Origin: a virus
Lineage: Duplodnaviria; Caudoviricetes
Direction: 5' to 3' (one strand)
Virus record (IMG/VR): IMGVR_UViG_3300031853_000021
Location: 1 to 64,000 of that record
Length of the DNA: 64,000 nt
Below the pieces are notes generated by a model. It was not told the DNA's origin and did no database searches. It saw only the letters and a list, made by a program, of their open reading frames with translations. A program made the position numbers and the translations under genes. Within the stretch, counting starts at the first letter, position 1; every line of letters starts with the position of its first letter. Of the stretch, positions 54,690-64,000 are shown piece after piece.

Positions 54690-55145
54690 TTATTCCGGGA
54701 TGAACTCCACGTCGCCCGGCCTGCCGCTGACGAAATATCCGTCCGCTGTCTGGTACAGGACGCCGTCCGGCGTTGTGAACTTCTTCACAGCCTTCTTCAC
54801 ATCGAAGGCCGTCACGCCGCAGATCGCGCTGTCATCGAAGGAAGGTTCGCGGCGCAGACGCAGCTTCCCGTCGAATACGCGGCGGATCGTTCCCTTCACG
54901 TCCTCTTCCTTCACTTCGGCCTGCTCCTGCTGCTGGTCGCCCTCCTGCTCCTGCACGGCTTCGTCTGCCGCTTCCGCCTGCTCCTCCTGCTGCTGATCCT
55001 CTTCCGGATCCGCGACAGGCTCCGGATAGATCTGCGCAGCATCTTCATCATACACGTTCAGGCCGTTCTTGTCTGCTGCCTTCTTCGCGCCTTCCAGCGT
55101 CTTGTATTCCTTCGCACTCTCGAAGTCTGTTCCTGCATAATACAT
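54690..55145 (-). CDS. Acidic-linker putative cell-wall-binding protein
   Basis: Homolog of 17454-17954. Confidence 0.6.
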   Translation of the reverse strand: MYYAGTDFESAKEYKTLEGAKKAADKNGLNVYDEDAAQIYPEPVADPEEDQQQEEQAEAADEAVQEQEGDQQQEQAEVKEEDVKGTIRRVFDGKLRLRREPSFDDSAICGVTAFDVKKAVKKFTTPDGVLYQTADGYFVSGRPGDVEFIPE

Positions 55146-55173
55146 TCGATCATCTCCTTCCCGTTCTTCCTGA

Positions 55174-56631
55174 TCATACCTTCTTCAGGTATGCGGAAGA
55201 ACTGAATCCTGTATATGTCACGCCATTCAGTTCGAACTGAATGTACAGCCACTTCACGCCGTTCGCCGTGCTGTAGTATCCATAGCAGTGAACCTTCGTT
55301 CCGGCAGGCATACAGCACAGCGCCTTCTTGTTTGTTCCGGCATCGTTTCGACAGTACAGATCCGCCGTCGCTGTATATGCCCCGGGCAGTCTGGCGTCCT
55401 TCCCGCGCGCGTAACACGTGGATGTGACTTCCTTCTTTCCGGATGTCTGCTTCGCCGGTTCCTGCTTCTTCGCGGTCGTGCCGTTCAGGATCTCGTTCAC
55501 CCTCTTCTGCACTGCTGCCGGATCGTAGCCCTTCGCCTTCAGGTTCGCCACTCTGTCGGATCCGTTGCCCCACAGTCCAGTGATGACTTCGCGGGCGATC
55601 GTGTCGACGCTCTTTCCGGCCTTGCGCTGATCGCTTTCCGCCTTCACTGTGTTGTCTGTATAGTGCGGCGTGATGAATCCGCGGATGAATCTTCCGTTGA
55701 TGCTGACCGTGCGCTTCTTCACGCTGTCGGAATAGTTTCCTTCAGTGACGACGAAGTACCCGGCGGATCTGTTCACATAGGTCACTGTGCCGATGTGATC
55801 CGGCGCGCCGTGGTTGTCTCCTGATCCGGAATCCTCCCAGTCGTACAGAACAGCGTCGCCGATGTTCGGAACGTAGTCGTCCGCTTCCTGCCAGCATCCC
55901 ATCTTCTTCGCTTCTTCGATGATGTAATAGCAGCTGATTTCGACGGGCATCACTGCCGTGTATCCCAGCTTCTTCGCGATCGCCGACCATGTAGCCGCGC
56001 ACCACGGCCACGAATACAGCATCTTTGTCCCGCGCGGGAACGGTTCTTTGCTATTGTAAATGTCGATGATCACCTTGAAGGATCCGTCCGATTCCTTCAG
56101 GCCGACCCATGCTTCCGCCTGATCAGCGACTTTCTGTCTTGAATATCCCACTTTGACATCTTCCTTTCCTGCGTTTTTGTCGTACTGCGTCAGGTTGTAC
56201 TGCCTGACCAGCTTCATCAGATTGTCGACGTACGTGCTGGATGTCGCATAGCCGTCGGCCTTGATGTTTTCCAGGTACTGCTGCGGATCCGTGACGCCGC
56301 GCAGATTCCTGTATCTGTCCAGCTGAATGAATTCGAAGTATCCGCGCACGCCCTCTTCCATGCTGTCATACACGCGGAAGTTGTCGCGGATCTGCGTGTG
56401 CACGCCCGGCGTGTACTCTTCGCTGGTCTTCATGTTCACCGGCTTCCCTGTCCACCTTGTTCCGCACTTCAGTCCGAAATAGTTATGATACAGGGAAGCA
56501 AGTTTCGATTCGCCCCATCCGGATTCAAGGATCGCCTGCGCGATGATCGGCGAATGCACCATGATCCCGTACACGTAGGCGTACTTCTCGACATATCCCG
56601 CGATCCGCTCGATGAACTCTGTCTTCTTCAT
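55174..56631 (-). CDS. Modular endolysin: GH73 glucosaminidase + CHAP + CW_7 + SH3b
   Basis: AQAILESGWG/NYFGLK/YATS; PWCAA/DHIG/EGN; REVITGLWGNGSDR; SH3b-like C-terminus. Confidence 0.9.
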   Translation of the reverse strand: MKKTEFIERIAGYVEKYAYVYGIMVHSPIIAQAILESGWGESKLASLYHNYFGLKCGTRWTGKPVNMKTSEEYTPGVHTQIRDNFRVYDSMEEGVRGYFEFIQLDRYRNLRGVTDPQQYLENIKADGYATSSTYVDNLMKLVRQYNLTQYDKNAGKEDVKVGYSRQKVADQAEAWVGLKESDGSFKVIIDIYNSKEPFPRGTKMLYSWPWCAATWSAIAKKLGYTAVMPVEISCYYIIEEAKKMGCWQEADDYVPNIGDAVLYDWEDSGSGDNHGAPDHIGTVTYVNRSAGYFVVTEGNYSDSVKKRTVSINGRFIRGFITPHYTDNTVKAESDQRKAGKSVDTIAREVITGLWGNGSDRVANLKAKGYDPAAVQKRVNEILNGTTAKKQEPAKQTSGKKEVTSTCYARGKDARLPGAYTATADLYCRNDAGTNKKALCCMPAGTKVHCYGYYSTANGVKWLYIQFELNGVTYTGFSSSAYLKKV

Positions 56632-56649
56632 GCCTGCTTCCCTCCTTCC

Positions 56650-56901
56650 TTAGTTCGGTTCGTCGTAAAGCATCGCCCGGTCAGAATCTGACACGCCCTT
56701 CGTTGTGGGATCCACGGTCACGCCCAGGATGACCAGCACAGCGAAGACTGCTTCGACGATCTGGATCAGCTGCGTGCCGACCGCTTCCGTCTCGATCTGG
56801 AAGCCGAACAGCGCCGCCACAGCTTTGATCAGCGTCAGAACGGCGGGGATGATCGCCAGCCAGAACACTTTATTCTTGATTCTCACTTTCCAGTTGATCA
56901 T
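56650..56901 (-). CDS. Holin (phi LC3 family)
   Basis: MINWKVRIKNKVFW...DPTTKGVSDSDRA. Confidence 0.92.
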   Translation of the reverse strand: MINWKVRIKNKVFWLAIIPAVLTLIKAVAALFGFQIETEAVGTQLIQIVEAVFAVLVILGVTVDPTTKGVSDSDRAMLYDEPN

Positions 56902-56965
56902 GTTGTTTTCTCCTTCCTGGCATACGGAAGGACGCCTTCACGCCCTTCCGCGCTCGATTCTTTGT

Positions 56966-57295
56966 TTAGTGTGTTTCGTGTGTCACCGCATCCGGCGACA
57001 GCTGAAGAAGTGCTTCCATCCTGTCCACACGTTTGTGCAGGGATTTCAGGCTTTCTTCGTTCCTGATAGTCCGTTCGTTCATCTTCTCCATTTCAAGTTT
57101 CTGCGACTTGATGTCCTGCTTCACTTCCAGCAGTGTGTTCTGAACGACTTCCAGTTTCATCATGACGGCGGATTCCTGCTTTCCTGCTTCCTCCGCATCC
57201 TTGCGATCCGTTTTCCCGTTCGCGCGGATTCCGCTGTAGATCGAAAATGCAAGCGCCAGAACAGAAAGTAGAACCGTAGCCCACTGTGGTGTCAT
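56966..57295 (-). CDS. Membrane-anchored coiled-coil lysis-region protein
   Basis: Homolog of 18299-18628. Confidence 0.7.
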   Translation of the reverse strand: MTPQWATVLLSVLALAFSIYSGIRANGKTDRKDAEEAGKQESAVMMKLEVVQNTLLEVKQDIKSQKLEMEKMNERTIRNEESLKSLHKRVDRMEALLQLSPDAVTHETH

Positions 57296-57299
57296 TCCG

Positions 57300-57551
57300 T
57301 CATAACCTCCTTAGTTTGTATTCTATTCTGTCCAGCTGCCTGTCCGCGTCCTCCCGCGCTGCGCGCAGTTCTTCCCGGACAGCTTCTTCCATTTTCGTCC
57401 GCTCTATCATTTCAGCCTGTTTCCGGATGATCTGCGCCATCGTCTCCGTGACTGTGCACATCATGTCGACGACTTCCAGCAGGCCGCCGGATCCACCTTC
57501 CCACGGTGGCGCGTCCCTCGCTTCGTTCATGCGTCCCCGTCCTTTCTTCAC
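57300..57551 (-). CDS. Hypothetical coiled-coil protein
   Basis: Homolog of 18632-18883. Confidence 0.65.
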   Translation of the reverse strand: MKKGRGRMNEARDAPPWEGGSGGLLEVVDMMCTVTETMAQIIRKQAEMIERTKMEEAVREELRAAREDADRQLDRIEYKLRRL

Positions 57552-57685
57552 TCTTCATCAATGATCAGTTCTTCCATTCCGCTTTCGATCAGGATTTCTT
57601 TGACCTGGTCTTTCAGCAGACGCGGAACCTGTGCATAGGTCTTCTTTCCCAGAATGATCTTCTGTGCCCACAGCATAGCCATCAT
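57548..57685 (-). CDS. Small XkdX/CD1375-like phage protein
   Basis: MMAMLWAQKIILGKKTYAQVP. Confidence 0.75.
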   Translation of the reverse strand: MMAMLWAQKIILGKKTYAQVPRLLKDQVKEILIESGMEELIIDEE

Positions 57686-57744
57686 CGTGTCGCCCTCCTT
57701 TCCGTAAAGTATTTGCAATAACGCCCGCCGGATGATCTCCCCGA

Positions 57745-58128
57745 TCATTCGTATACCACTTCCGACATCTCCAAGATGCAATCTTCCATCATGGCGATCT
57801 GCTCTTTCTGTTCGCTGACGATCTTCGTCAGCTGCGCCCGTGTCATCGCTTCTTCTTCAGGCGCTGGCGGATCCGGATCCGGATGTACATCATCCACCCC
57901 GTACTGCCACCATGTCGCGAAGTCCTCTTCGATCTCCTGCGCCGTCGCGGCCTTGCCGTCCGGCATGAAGAACTGGACTTCGTCAAAACGGTACATCGTC
58001 CGATCCGGCTGATCCTCCTGTTTGTACGGCTGGATATTGTCCGCAAGACGGACGAAGATCTTCCCGCCCGGCAGATGTTCCAGCGTCACCTTCTGCGGCA
58101 TCTCTGCCGCGTCGCTCTTGTAATACAT
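57745..58128 (-). CDS. Conserved phage protein downstream of RT
   Basis: Near-identical to 19068-19451. Confidence 0.75.
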   Translation of the reverse strand: MYYKSDAAEMPQKVTLEHLPGGKIFVRLADNIQPYKQEDQPDRTMYRFDEVQFFMPDGKAATAQEIEEDFATWWQYGVDDVHPDPDPPAPEEEAMTRAQLTKIVSEQKEQIAMMEDCILEMSEVVYE

Positions 58129-59371
58129 GCAGCCACTCCTTTCTTTTCTGCTGATCCAGCCGCTGATAGAGTCCCTGAACCTGTTCAGCCATCTTGATCA
58201 GTTCTTCCACGTGGTACTTTTCCTTCAGCCCGTGCGCGTCGGTCTGCTGCACGTAGCTGTTGTACGATATGATTTTCTGTGCACGATCCCGCCGCAGTGT
58301 TCCCGTTTTCTTCAGCTCTCTGTATCCTCTGATCAGCTGCCTTCGTGCCCTCCGGAAGACGCGCCTGCGGATCGTGATGTGCGTCCTGCTGATCCTGTAT
58401 CCCGCCATGTCCAGCATCGGGACGCCACGCTGCGCTTTTCCCGGAAGGCTCCGTCGTCGCTTCTCTTCTTCGATCGTCAGTATCTTACTGATTCCGGATG
58501 TCGTCTTCAGTTCGATTCCCATTTCCTTCCGGAAGTATTTGTCCAGGCGCTTCGTCGCCCGCTTCAGTCCTTTGACGGATCCAGACATCAGCGCGAAGTC
58601 GTCCATGAAGGTGACGACGCGGATCACGTACGGGATCTTCTTCCCGCGCCGTGTGGTTCCCTGTGCGTACAGGTCGCGGATCGCGTAGGACATCGCGAAA
58701 TTGAACAGCCAGGCGTCGATGTACCCGCCGATGATCAGATGCCCGTCCGGTGCGATCCGTCCCAGATATTCCAGCAGGGCGATCGCGGCCTTCGCCTTCG
58801 GGATCTCCTTCTTCAGGATGTCCACGCAGACCTGATACTTCAGCGTCGCGTATGCGTGGACGACGTCCGTCTTCTGGATGTACCTGACGCCGACCGTCTC
58901 CTTCAGAAGGTATCTGTGCGCCTGATCCTTCAGCAGCGTCTGACCGCGTCCCGGAATGCTGGCGTGCTGCGTCGGCAGAAGCCGCGCGTTGATCAGCGGT
59001 TCGATCATCAGCTTTTCGATGTGTCCGATCAGCTGATGCAGGATGGACAACAGTGCGATGTCCCGTGTCTTCCCTGTCATGCCGTCCGGACGCTGGCGGA
59101 TCGTCGGCGGCTCCATGTCGTCCGGTTCGATCCCGTATTCGACCAGATCTTCCACGACGCCGTACAGCATCAGCCCGATCGAATGGATCGCTTCTTCCTT
59201 CACACGTCTGGATCCGGACAGATCGTCGATCAGGATTTCCGTCCTTCCGATTCCGGCGTACTTCTCGATGAATACCAGAATGTCGCGGTGCTTCCATTTG
59301 CTTTTGAAACATTCTTCGACTGCTTCTTCGCATAGCTTCAGGGACAGCTTCCTGTATCTCTTCGTGTGCAT
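57983..59371 (-). CDS. DGR reverse transcriptase (copy 2, 462 aa through loss of the stop codon)
   Basis: Same motifs as copy 1; CAG replaces TAG after YQRLDQ. Confidence 0.92.
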   Translation of the reverse strand: MHTKRYRKLSLKLCEEAVEECFKSKWKHRDILVFIEKYAGIGRTEILIDDLSGSRRVKEEAIHSIGLMLYGVVEDLVEYGIEPDDMEPPTIRQRPDGMTGKTRDIALLSILHQLIGHIEKLMIEPLINARLLPTQHASIPGRGQTLLKDQAHRYLLKETVGVRYIQKTDVVHAYATLKYQVCVDILKKEIPKAKAAIALLEYLGRIAPDGHLIIGGYIDAWLFNFAMSYAIRDLYAQGTTRRGKKIPYVIRVVTFMDDFALMSGSVKGLKRATKRLDKYFRKEMGIELKTTSGISKILTIEEEKRRRSLPGKAQRGVPMLDMAGYRISRTHITIRRRVFRRARRQLIRGYRELKKTGTLRRDRAQKIISYNSYVQQTDAHGLKEKYHVEELIKMAEQVQGLYQRLDQQKRKEWLHVLQERRGRDAAEGDAGTSAGREDLRPSCGQYPAVQTGGSAGSDDVPF

Positions 59372-59562
59372 AATTCTTTATTTTGTGAAGCGGCGTTCGG
59401 TTGCGGTCTGACCTTAAAGCAGATCCGGCCTTGTTACTACTTGCCGCACGCGCAGCCCACAGCTGCGTGTTCCCCTTTCGAAGATTCCGGTTTTACTGAT
59501 TTTTGCTTGCGCATGGATATGCAGACGCACATCAGCAGACTTTCGCCTGCCTTCATGAAAAT

Positions 59563-59706
59563 AAGTCGCGGACGGCTGTTCCAGTTCGCGTTACCGGGCG
59601 TGTTGTTGCCATTCTCGCACGCCAGCCCGGCATTCGCCCCGTTGTTCAAGTTCGCGAACCGCCACGGGCAGCGAACCCCGGCGGAGCCGGTACCGTTGAA
59701 GGCCGA
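59563..59706 (-). repeat. DGR template repeat (TR), copy 2
   Basis: Same sequence as 20886-21029. Confidence 0.95.
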
Positions 59707-59768
59707 TCCCGCGCCTGCATACCCTGTTTGTTTATAGTTACATCAGGGGACTTCCCCCTCTGGACGTC

Positions 59769-61478
59769 TTACGACGTCCATTCACCCCGCTTTTTACCCG
59801 CTCCACAAAGCCGCGGACGGCTGCGCCAGCTCGCGTTACCGGGCGCGTTGTGGCCATACTCGCACGCCAGCCCGGCAAGCGCCCCGCTGTCCAAGGACGC
59901 GAACCGCCACCGGCAGCGAACCCCGGCGGAGCCGGGACCGCTGAAGGCCGACTTGAAGTAGGTCGTCGCTGATCCGCCGACCTCTTCCGGGAACAGGACG
60001 CCCTTCTTTGTCTTCATGAAGGACTTCACATAGTTCCAGCCGGATTTCATTCCTTCGTACAGCAGGCCAGTGTCTTCGTAGTTCGATGTCACGGATCCCG
60101 CCAGATTCTGACTGTCGCGGCATTCGTAGATCGAATAATCCCAATCAGACACAGCGTTCGCCGTGACGGTATAAAGCGGATCCAGGCCGACCGCATATGC
60201 GCCGTCCAGGACTTCCACGCCAGCCACACGAAGCGGCGACGTTCCATCCGTCAGCCCGTGCGGGCATCCGTCCTTCCTTCCCGGAAGAAGTTCTGTCGCG
60301 CCTGAATGCCACGGCATCGTCGAAATGTATGTCGTCGCTGTCGTGGTGAATGCGCTTTCCGTCTCTATGCCGACCGCTGCCAGTTCGTCGCCGTCGATCG
60401 TGACGGTTTCGATGGAACTGATCTTGACCAGATCCAGAATGTTCCGCATGTGTGCCTGTCCTCTGTCCTTGTTCGTGGACGATCCCATGTCGCCGATTGA
60501 CACGGTCGAACCGACGATCAGGTTCGCGGCCTGCGTCGTCGACAGGATCACGCGCTTCACATTTTCTTCTGCCTTCGCTACCTGGTACTGTCTGTCGTAG
60601 CTGATGCAGCCGTTCGCGATGTTGCTGTTTTCCAGATCGAAGTGCCGCAGCTGCCACATCCGCAGGATCCATCTTGTATCGCAGTCATTCCACAGTCCTT
60701 CATAGATCGTCATCTTCCGCGCCGCTGTGATGCCTGCGGTCGCGCTGGCGAAGTTGTACGGCCTGATGCCTGCGCCGGATGTCAGTGCGCCGCTGCTGTT
60801 CAGTCCGCCGGGGAATGAAGGATGCCATGTCAGCGCCCGCTTCGTTCCGTCCGGTGCGACATCCCCGGCGTCCGGATAGAATCCCGCGCCTTTGGTCGTC
60901 CTGAAGCTGATGAAATTGAATGAACCGTCGTTCCATTCCTTGATCCACAATGCCAGCGCGAACGTCCAGACGGGCGCGTCTTCGCCTGTGATGTCGAAGC
61001 CGTCTTCGCCTTCGAAGTATGTGATGTTCATGGTTCCATCTTCCAGGGACATCGCATTCGCCCGGATGTACCATGTCATCGGATCTTCGTCCGCCCAATC
61101 TTCGACGGCGGCATCGGATGCCGTGCACAGCTGCGCGGCGCTCTTTCCTTCCAGATCGTCCAGCGGCGTCATCGCCGTGTTTCCGGATACTGCTGCATCA
61201 TAGCTTCGCAGCGTGTACGCCTTGCTGTTCCACGCCTGCGCCGCTGCTTTTGCGAATCTTTCAAGGATCTTATATTTGCTTGTCTCTCCTGCTGCCGCTG
61301 CGCGCGGATAGAATTCCCAGAAGACGCGCGTGGTGTTCGTTCCGTCCAGGACGCTTTTGCACGCCGCGTCAAGGACAGCCGCATCAGATGACCCGCCGTT
61401 CAGCGCGATCGATTCCAGCGCGGCGGCGATCCGTTCGTGCTGTGTCCACGAAGGGAAAATCAGATCCATGTCTGCCAT
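59769..61478 (-). CDS. DGR target protein, copy 2
   Basis: 569-aa translation identical to 21092-22801. Confidence 0.9.
   Translation of the reverse strand: MADMDLIFPSWTQHERIAAALESIALNGGSSDAAVLDAACKSVLDGTNTTRVFWEFYPRAAAAGETSKYKILERFAKAAAQAWNSKAYTLRSYDAAVSGNTAMTPLDDLEGKSAAQLCTASDAAVEDWADEDPMTWYIRANAMSLEDGTMNITYFEGEDGFDITGEDAPVWTFALALWIKEWNDGSFNFISFRTTKGAGFYPDAGDVAPDGTKRALTWHPSFPGGLNSSGALTSGAGIRPYNFASATAGITAARKMTIYEGLWNDCDTRWILRMWQLRHFDLENSNIANGCISYDRQYQVAKAEENVKRVILSTTQAANLIVGSTVSIGDMGSSTNKDRGQAHMRNILDLVKISSIETVTIDGDELAAVGIETESAFTTTATTYISTMPWHSGATELLPGRKDGCPHGLTDGTSPLRVAGVEVLDGAYAVGLDPLYTVTANAVSDWDYSIYECRDSQNLAGSVTSNYEDTGLLYEGMKSGWNYVKSFMKTKKGVLFPEEVGGSATTYFKSAFSGPGSAGVRCRWRFASLDSGALAGLACEYGHNAPGNASWRSRPRLCGAGKKRGEWTS
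59808..59951 (-). repeat. DGR variable repeat (VR), copy 2
   Basis: Same sequence as 21131-21274. Confidence 0.95.
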
Positions 61479-61493
61479 TTTCTTGTTCCTCCT

Positions 61494-62300
61494 TTATGCT
61501 GTGATCTTTGTCAGTGACATGTGCGGGACGCCCCGCTGCGCGTAGATCGCATACGCATATTTCACATCGTTGTCGCTGTCGTAGATGTACGACGCTTCAT
61601 TGATCTGGCTTGCGATCTCCACGGCTTCGTTCGCCTTATTCAGGACGATCGTCGTGTTCTCCTGCCGCGTGTTCTCCGCTGTGACGCGTCCGTTCTCTGC
61701 GGTCACGCGGGCGTTCTCTGCTTCGACGCGGGCGTTCTCTGCGGTTACGCGGGCGTTCTCTGCGGTCACGCGGGCGTTCTCCGCATTTGCGCGGCTTGTC
61801 TCTGCGCTGACGCGCCTGTTCTCTGCCGTCTTTCTGGCGTTCTCTGCGGTCACGCGGGCGGCTTCCGCTTCCGCGTATGCCTTCATGGTCGCGTCGAACA
61901 GTGACATTTCGTCGCCGGATATGATGGCGTCTTCATCCTTGACGCACGGTTCGATCTCGATTTCGAACGTGCAGGACGTGATGACTTCGGTCATGTCCCC
62001 GGACTTCACTTCGATTTCTGCCAGTGCTGTCCCCGCTGCCGCCAGCGTCTGCGATGCCAGTTCCATCGTGACGACGGAACCCTCAAACGTACACGGAGAA
62101 TATGCGCGTGTCAGGTCCGGCTTTTTGATGTAGGCCGTGACGTTTGATCCCGCCGGGATCTCGTAGGCCGCGCCGTTGTCCAACAGTTCCACTTCGACGT
62201 ACCTGGTCGCCCTGTCGTGCTGTTTTGCTGATACCTGGTACTGTTTTGTGGATCCGGACATTTCTATCTTCAGGCGTTTGATCACTCTGTTCAGGCTCAT
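61494..62300 (-). CDS. BppU-like baseplate/fibre adaptor
   Basis: C-terminal two thirds identical to 22817-23623; N-terminus diverged. Confidence 0.75.
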   Translation of the reverse strand: MSLNRVIKRLKIEMSGSTKQYQVSAKQHDRATRYVEVELLDNGAAYEIPAGSNVTAYIKKPDLTRAYSPCTFEGSVVTMELASQTLAAAGTALAEIEVKSGDMTEVITSCTFEIEIEPCVKDEDAIISGDEMSLFDATMKAYAEAEAARVTAENARKTAENRRVSAETSRANAENARVTAENARVTAENARVEAENARVTAENGRVTAENTRQENTTIVLNKANEAVEIASQINEASYIYDSDNDVKYAYAIYAQRGVPHMSLTKITA

Positions 62301-62316
62301 GTCTGCACCCTCCTTT

Positions 62317-63795
62317 CTACAGTCCTAACTTTTCTATGATCTGCGCGATCGTGACAGTCTCCCCGTTCGGTTTCTCAAATTCACACGTTCCCCGGAAGAT
62401 CGCATTGAACGCGAAGTCGGCATAGTTTTCCATCGTCGCCTTTGATCCGAAGGCCACGCCGCGCCCTCCATGCAGGAAGTGCATCAGGTAGACAGCTGTG
62501 GAAACATAGTCGATCACTGTGACCGTGTTGAATGCATCCTTCAGGATGTATTGCACGTCATAGCTGAATTCTGTGTCCAGGTCCCCGCCGCAGACTGTCG
62601 TCTGACCTTCGCCCGGCGTCACCGACTTCGGCGTCCTGTAGCTCCGTTCGCTTGTCAGCTTGTAGGCGATTGTCAGCGTCGGGACGTTCTTCCCATTGCA
62701 CCCGTTCCACGTCGAATCTGTCATGGCCAGAAAATAGACGCCTTCGTTCTCGATGGATCCATCAGATCCGCAGCGCATCGAATCGACCGACAGCGTCGGC
62801 GGGCTGTACTCGACGACCGTGATCTTTGCCGTCTTCTCTGCGGTCCGCCCTCTGCCGTCTGTGACTGTGACTGTGATGTCCACGATGCCGTAATCTTTGA
62901 ATGTCCCGGATGCCGGAAGGCTGTCTGTCGTGCCTGCGTATTCCCTTCCTCCAACTTCCATCACTACAGACTTGATCGCTGATCCGTACGAGATCGACAC
63001 ATCCATGGCGGTCAATGCGACGTTCGACTGGTCCTGCACGAACATTTTCCAGGCTGCCGGCACGCGGCCGCGTTTGTCTGCGACAGTGATCGAATTGATC
63101 ACCGGCACGCAGTCATCCGGCACGCTGGCGTATATGTAGGCCGTCATGGACTGATAGACATGTGTCCCGAATATGCTTTCTACCTTCAGGTAAAAGGTCG
63201 CCGACAGTGCCTTCGTGATCTGGTCGTTCCATTCCTTCGGCACCGTGTAACTCGTTTCGATCCTCGTTTTCCCTGCCTGGATTGTTTTCAGGATGCTGTG
63301 CTCTCTGTTTCCCAGTGACCACGTGAATCTATATGTCGCATCTGCCGACAGCTCAATGCCTGTCCCGTTTTCGATATTGATCGGAACCTTCTGCTTTCCG
63401 TCTATCTCAATGTCTGACGCTTCCGGGTCATACATCCACCCTCTTTCCAGCTTTCCCAGATCATAGAAAGAATAGGTGCCTGTCTTGCCCCCGCACTCTA
63501 TCGTGAAAAAAGGCTTATTAATGACCAGGAAGTTCTGCCCGATGTTTAACTTTGCCTTCTTCACGTATTTGTCCCCGAACGCTTCGGCCGTCTCCTGGAT
63601 GGTCCATCTGTACACCTTGCCGTCGATCGTTGCCGTCTTCGGAAATGCACTGGGCGACGGCGAAGCCATCCACGACCCATTATTCAGCTCTACCCATGTA
63701 ATCTTTGTTGTGTCTCCGTTTACGGTGCCGTACACTCCGCACGCTGACGCCATGAAGCCGTCGTTAATCGGGAATGTGAATATACTGGATGCCAC
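62317..63795 (-). CDS. Minor tail/baseplate protein (DUF859-like)
   Basis: C-terminus close to 23640-25148; N-terminal half strongly diverged. Confidence 0.7.
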   Translation of the reverse strand: MASSIFTFPINDGFMASACGVYGTVNGDTTKITWVELNNGSWMASPSPSAFPKTATIDGKVYRWTIQETAEAFGDKYVKKAKLNIGQNFLVINKPFFTIECGGKTGTYSFYDLGKLERGWMYDPEASDIEIDGKQKVPINIENGTGIELSADATYRFTWSLGNREHSILKTIQAGKTRIETSYTVPKEWNDQITKALSATFYLKVESIFGTHVYQSMTAYIYASVPDDCVPVINSITVADKRGRVPAAWKMFVQDQSNVALTAMDVSISYGSAIKSVVMEVGGREYAGTTDSLPASGTFKDYGIVDITVTVTDGRGRTAEKTAKITVVEYSPPTLSVDSMRCGSDGSIENEGVYFLAMTDSTWNGCNGKNVPTLTIAYKLTSERSYRTPKSVTPGEGQTTVCGGDLDTEFSYDVQYILKDAFNTVTVIDYVSTAVYLMHFLHGGRGVAFGSKATMENYADFAFNAIFRGTCEFEKPNGETVTIAQIIEKLGL

Positions 63796-64000
63796 CTTCT
63801 CCCTCCATTCTGAAAACGCCCTCGGCGTCGATCAGCTGACTGTATCGGACAGGCCGGCGCGCCTTCCTGACCGGTGTCGACAGCAGCATCGCGGTCGCCT
63901 GCACAATGTCGGATCCGGATCCGGTTTCCTCCTGCGCTTCTCTCCATTTGACGCCCATGCCGTACTGCGTAGAAATGAAATCAAAATAGCCGCCGTCCTC
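63764..64000 (-). CDS. Tal-like tail protein, 3' end only (truncated by window)
   Basis: YFDFISTQYGMGVKWREAQEE matches the C-terminus of 25138-26877. Confidence 0.8.
   Translation of the reverse strand, partial: EDGGYFDFISTQYGMGVKWREAQEETGSGSDIVQATAMLLSTPVRKARRPVRYSQLIDAEGVFRMEGEGGIQYIHIPD

Larger units (their letters stand above)
58797..62054. repeat. ~3.26-kb direct repeat, copy 2
   Basis: Offset 38,677 bp from 20120-23377; identical multi-frame translations. Confidence 0.88.
54683..64000. mobile_element. Phage block C (partial): lysis, DGR and distal tail genes
   Basis: Syntenic with 17454-25400; runs off the window end. Confidence 0.93.

Noticed and set aside
1-64000. Additional remote VRs, tRNA genes, IS elements, invertible shufflon
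   Set aside because: None found by eye; a BLASTN-short search with TR and a tRNAscan run would be needed to exclude them formally

Overview
The whole window is temperate siphophage DNA of Firmicutes (Lachnospiraceae/Clostridiales-like, GC-rich) type, with no recognisable host genes. It reads as three head-to-tail blocks. Block A (1-13848) holds the early, replication, immunity and serine-integrase genes of one phage. Block B (13849-54682) is a complete gene set: lysis, DGR, tail, HK97-type head, terminase, early genes, repressor and a different serine integrase. Block C (54683-64000) holds the lysis, DGR and tail end of a third block. A diversity-generating retroelement (target gene with VR, then TR, then RT) is present twice. 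TR and VR differ at 15 template adenines plus one non-adenine position, the RT has atypical motifs, and no avd gene is apparent. About 3.26 kb centred on the DGR appears identical in both copies (20120-23377 and 58797-62054, 38,677 bp apart), while the flanks are only homologous. Both integrase/lysis junctions look like intact attP sites. The window is therefore best read as two different phage circles joined through a shared DGR cassette, either as a real cointegrate or as an assembly join across the repeat. Both early regions also carry a plasmid-like replicon: an HUH rolling-circle Rep, a conserved phiX174-like nick motif and a conserved antisense promoter-hairpin-terminator sRNA unit. Other points of interest are a three-enzyme lysis cassette (CHAP-CW7-metallo-beta-lactamase fusion, GH25, GH114/PelA-like), a methyltransferase-like gene split at a G7 tract, heteroimmune repressors with readable operators, and a -1 frameshift in the tail chaperones. 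All domain calls come from motif recognition by eye, not from database searches.
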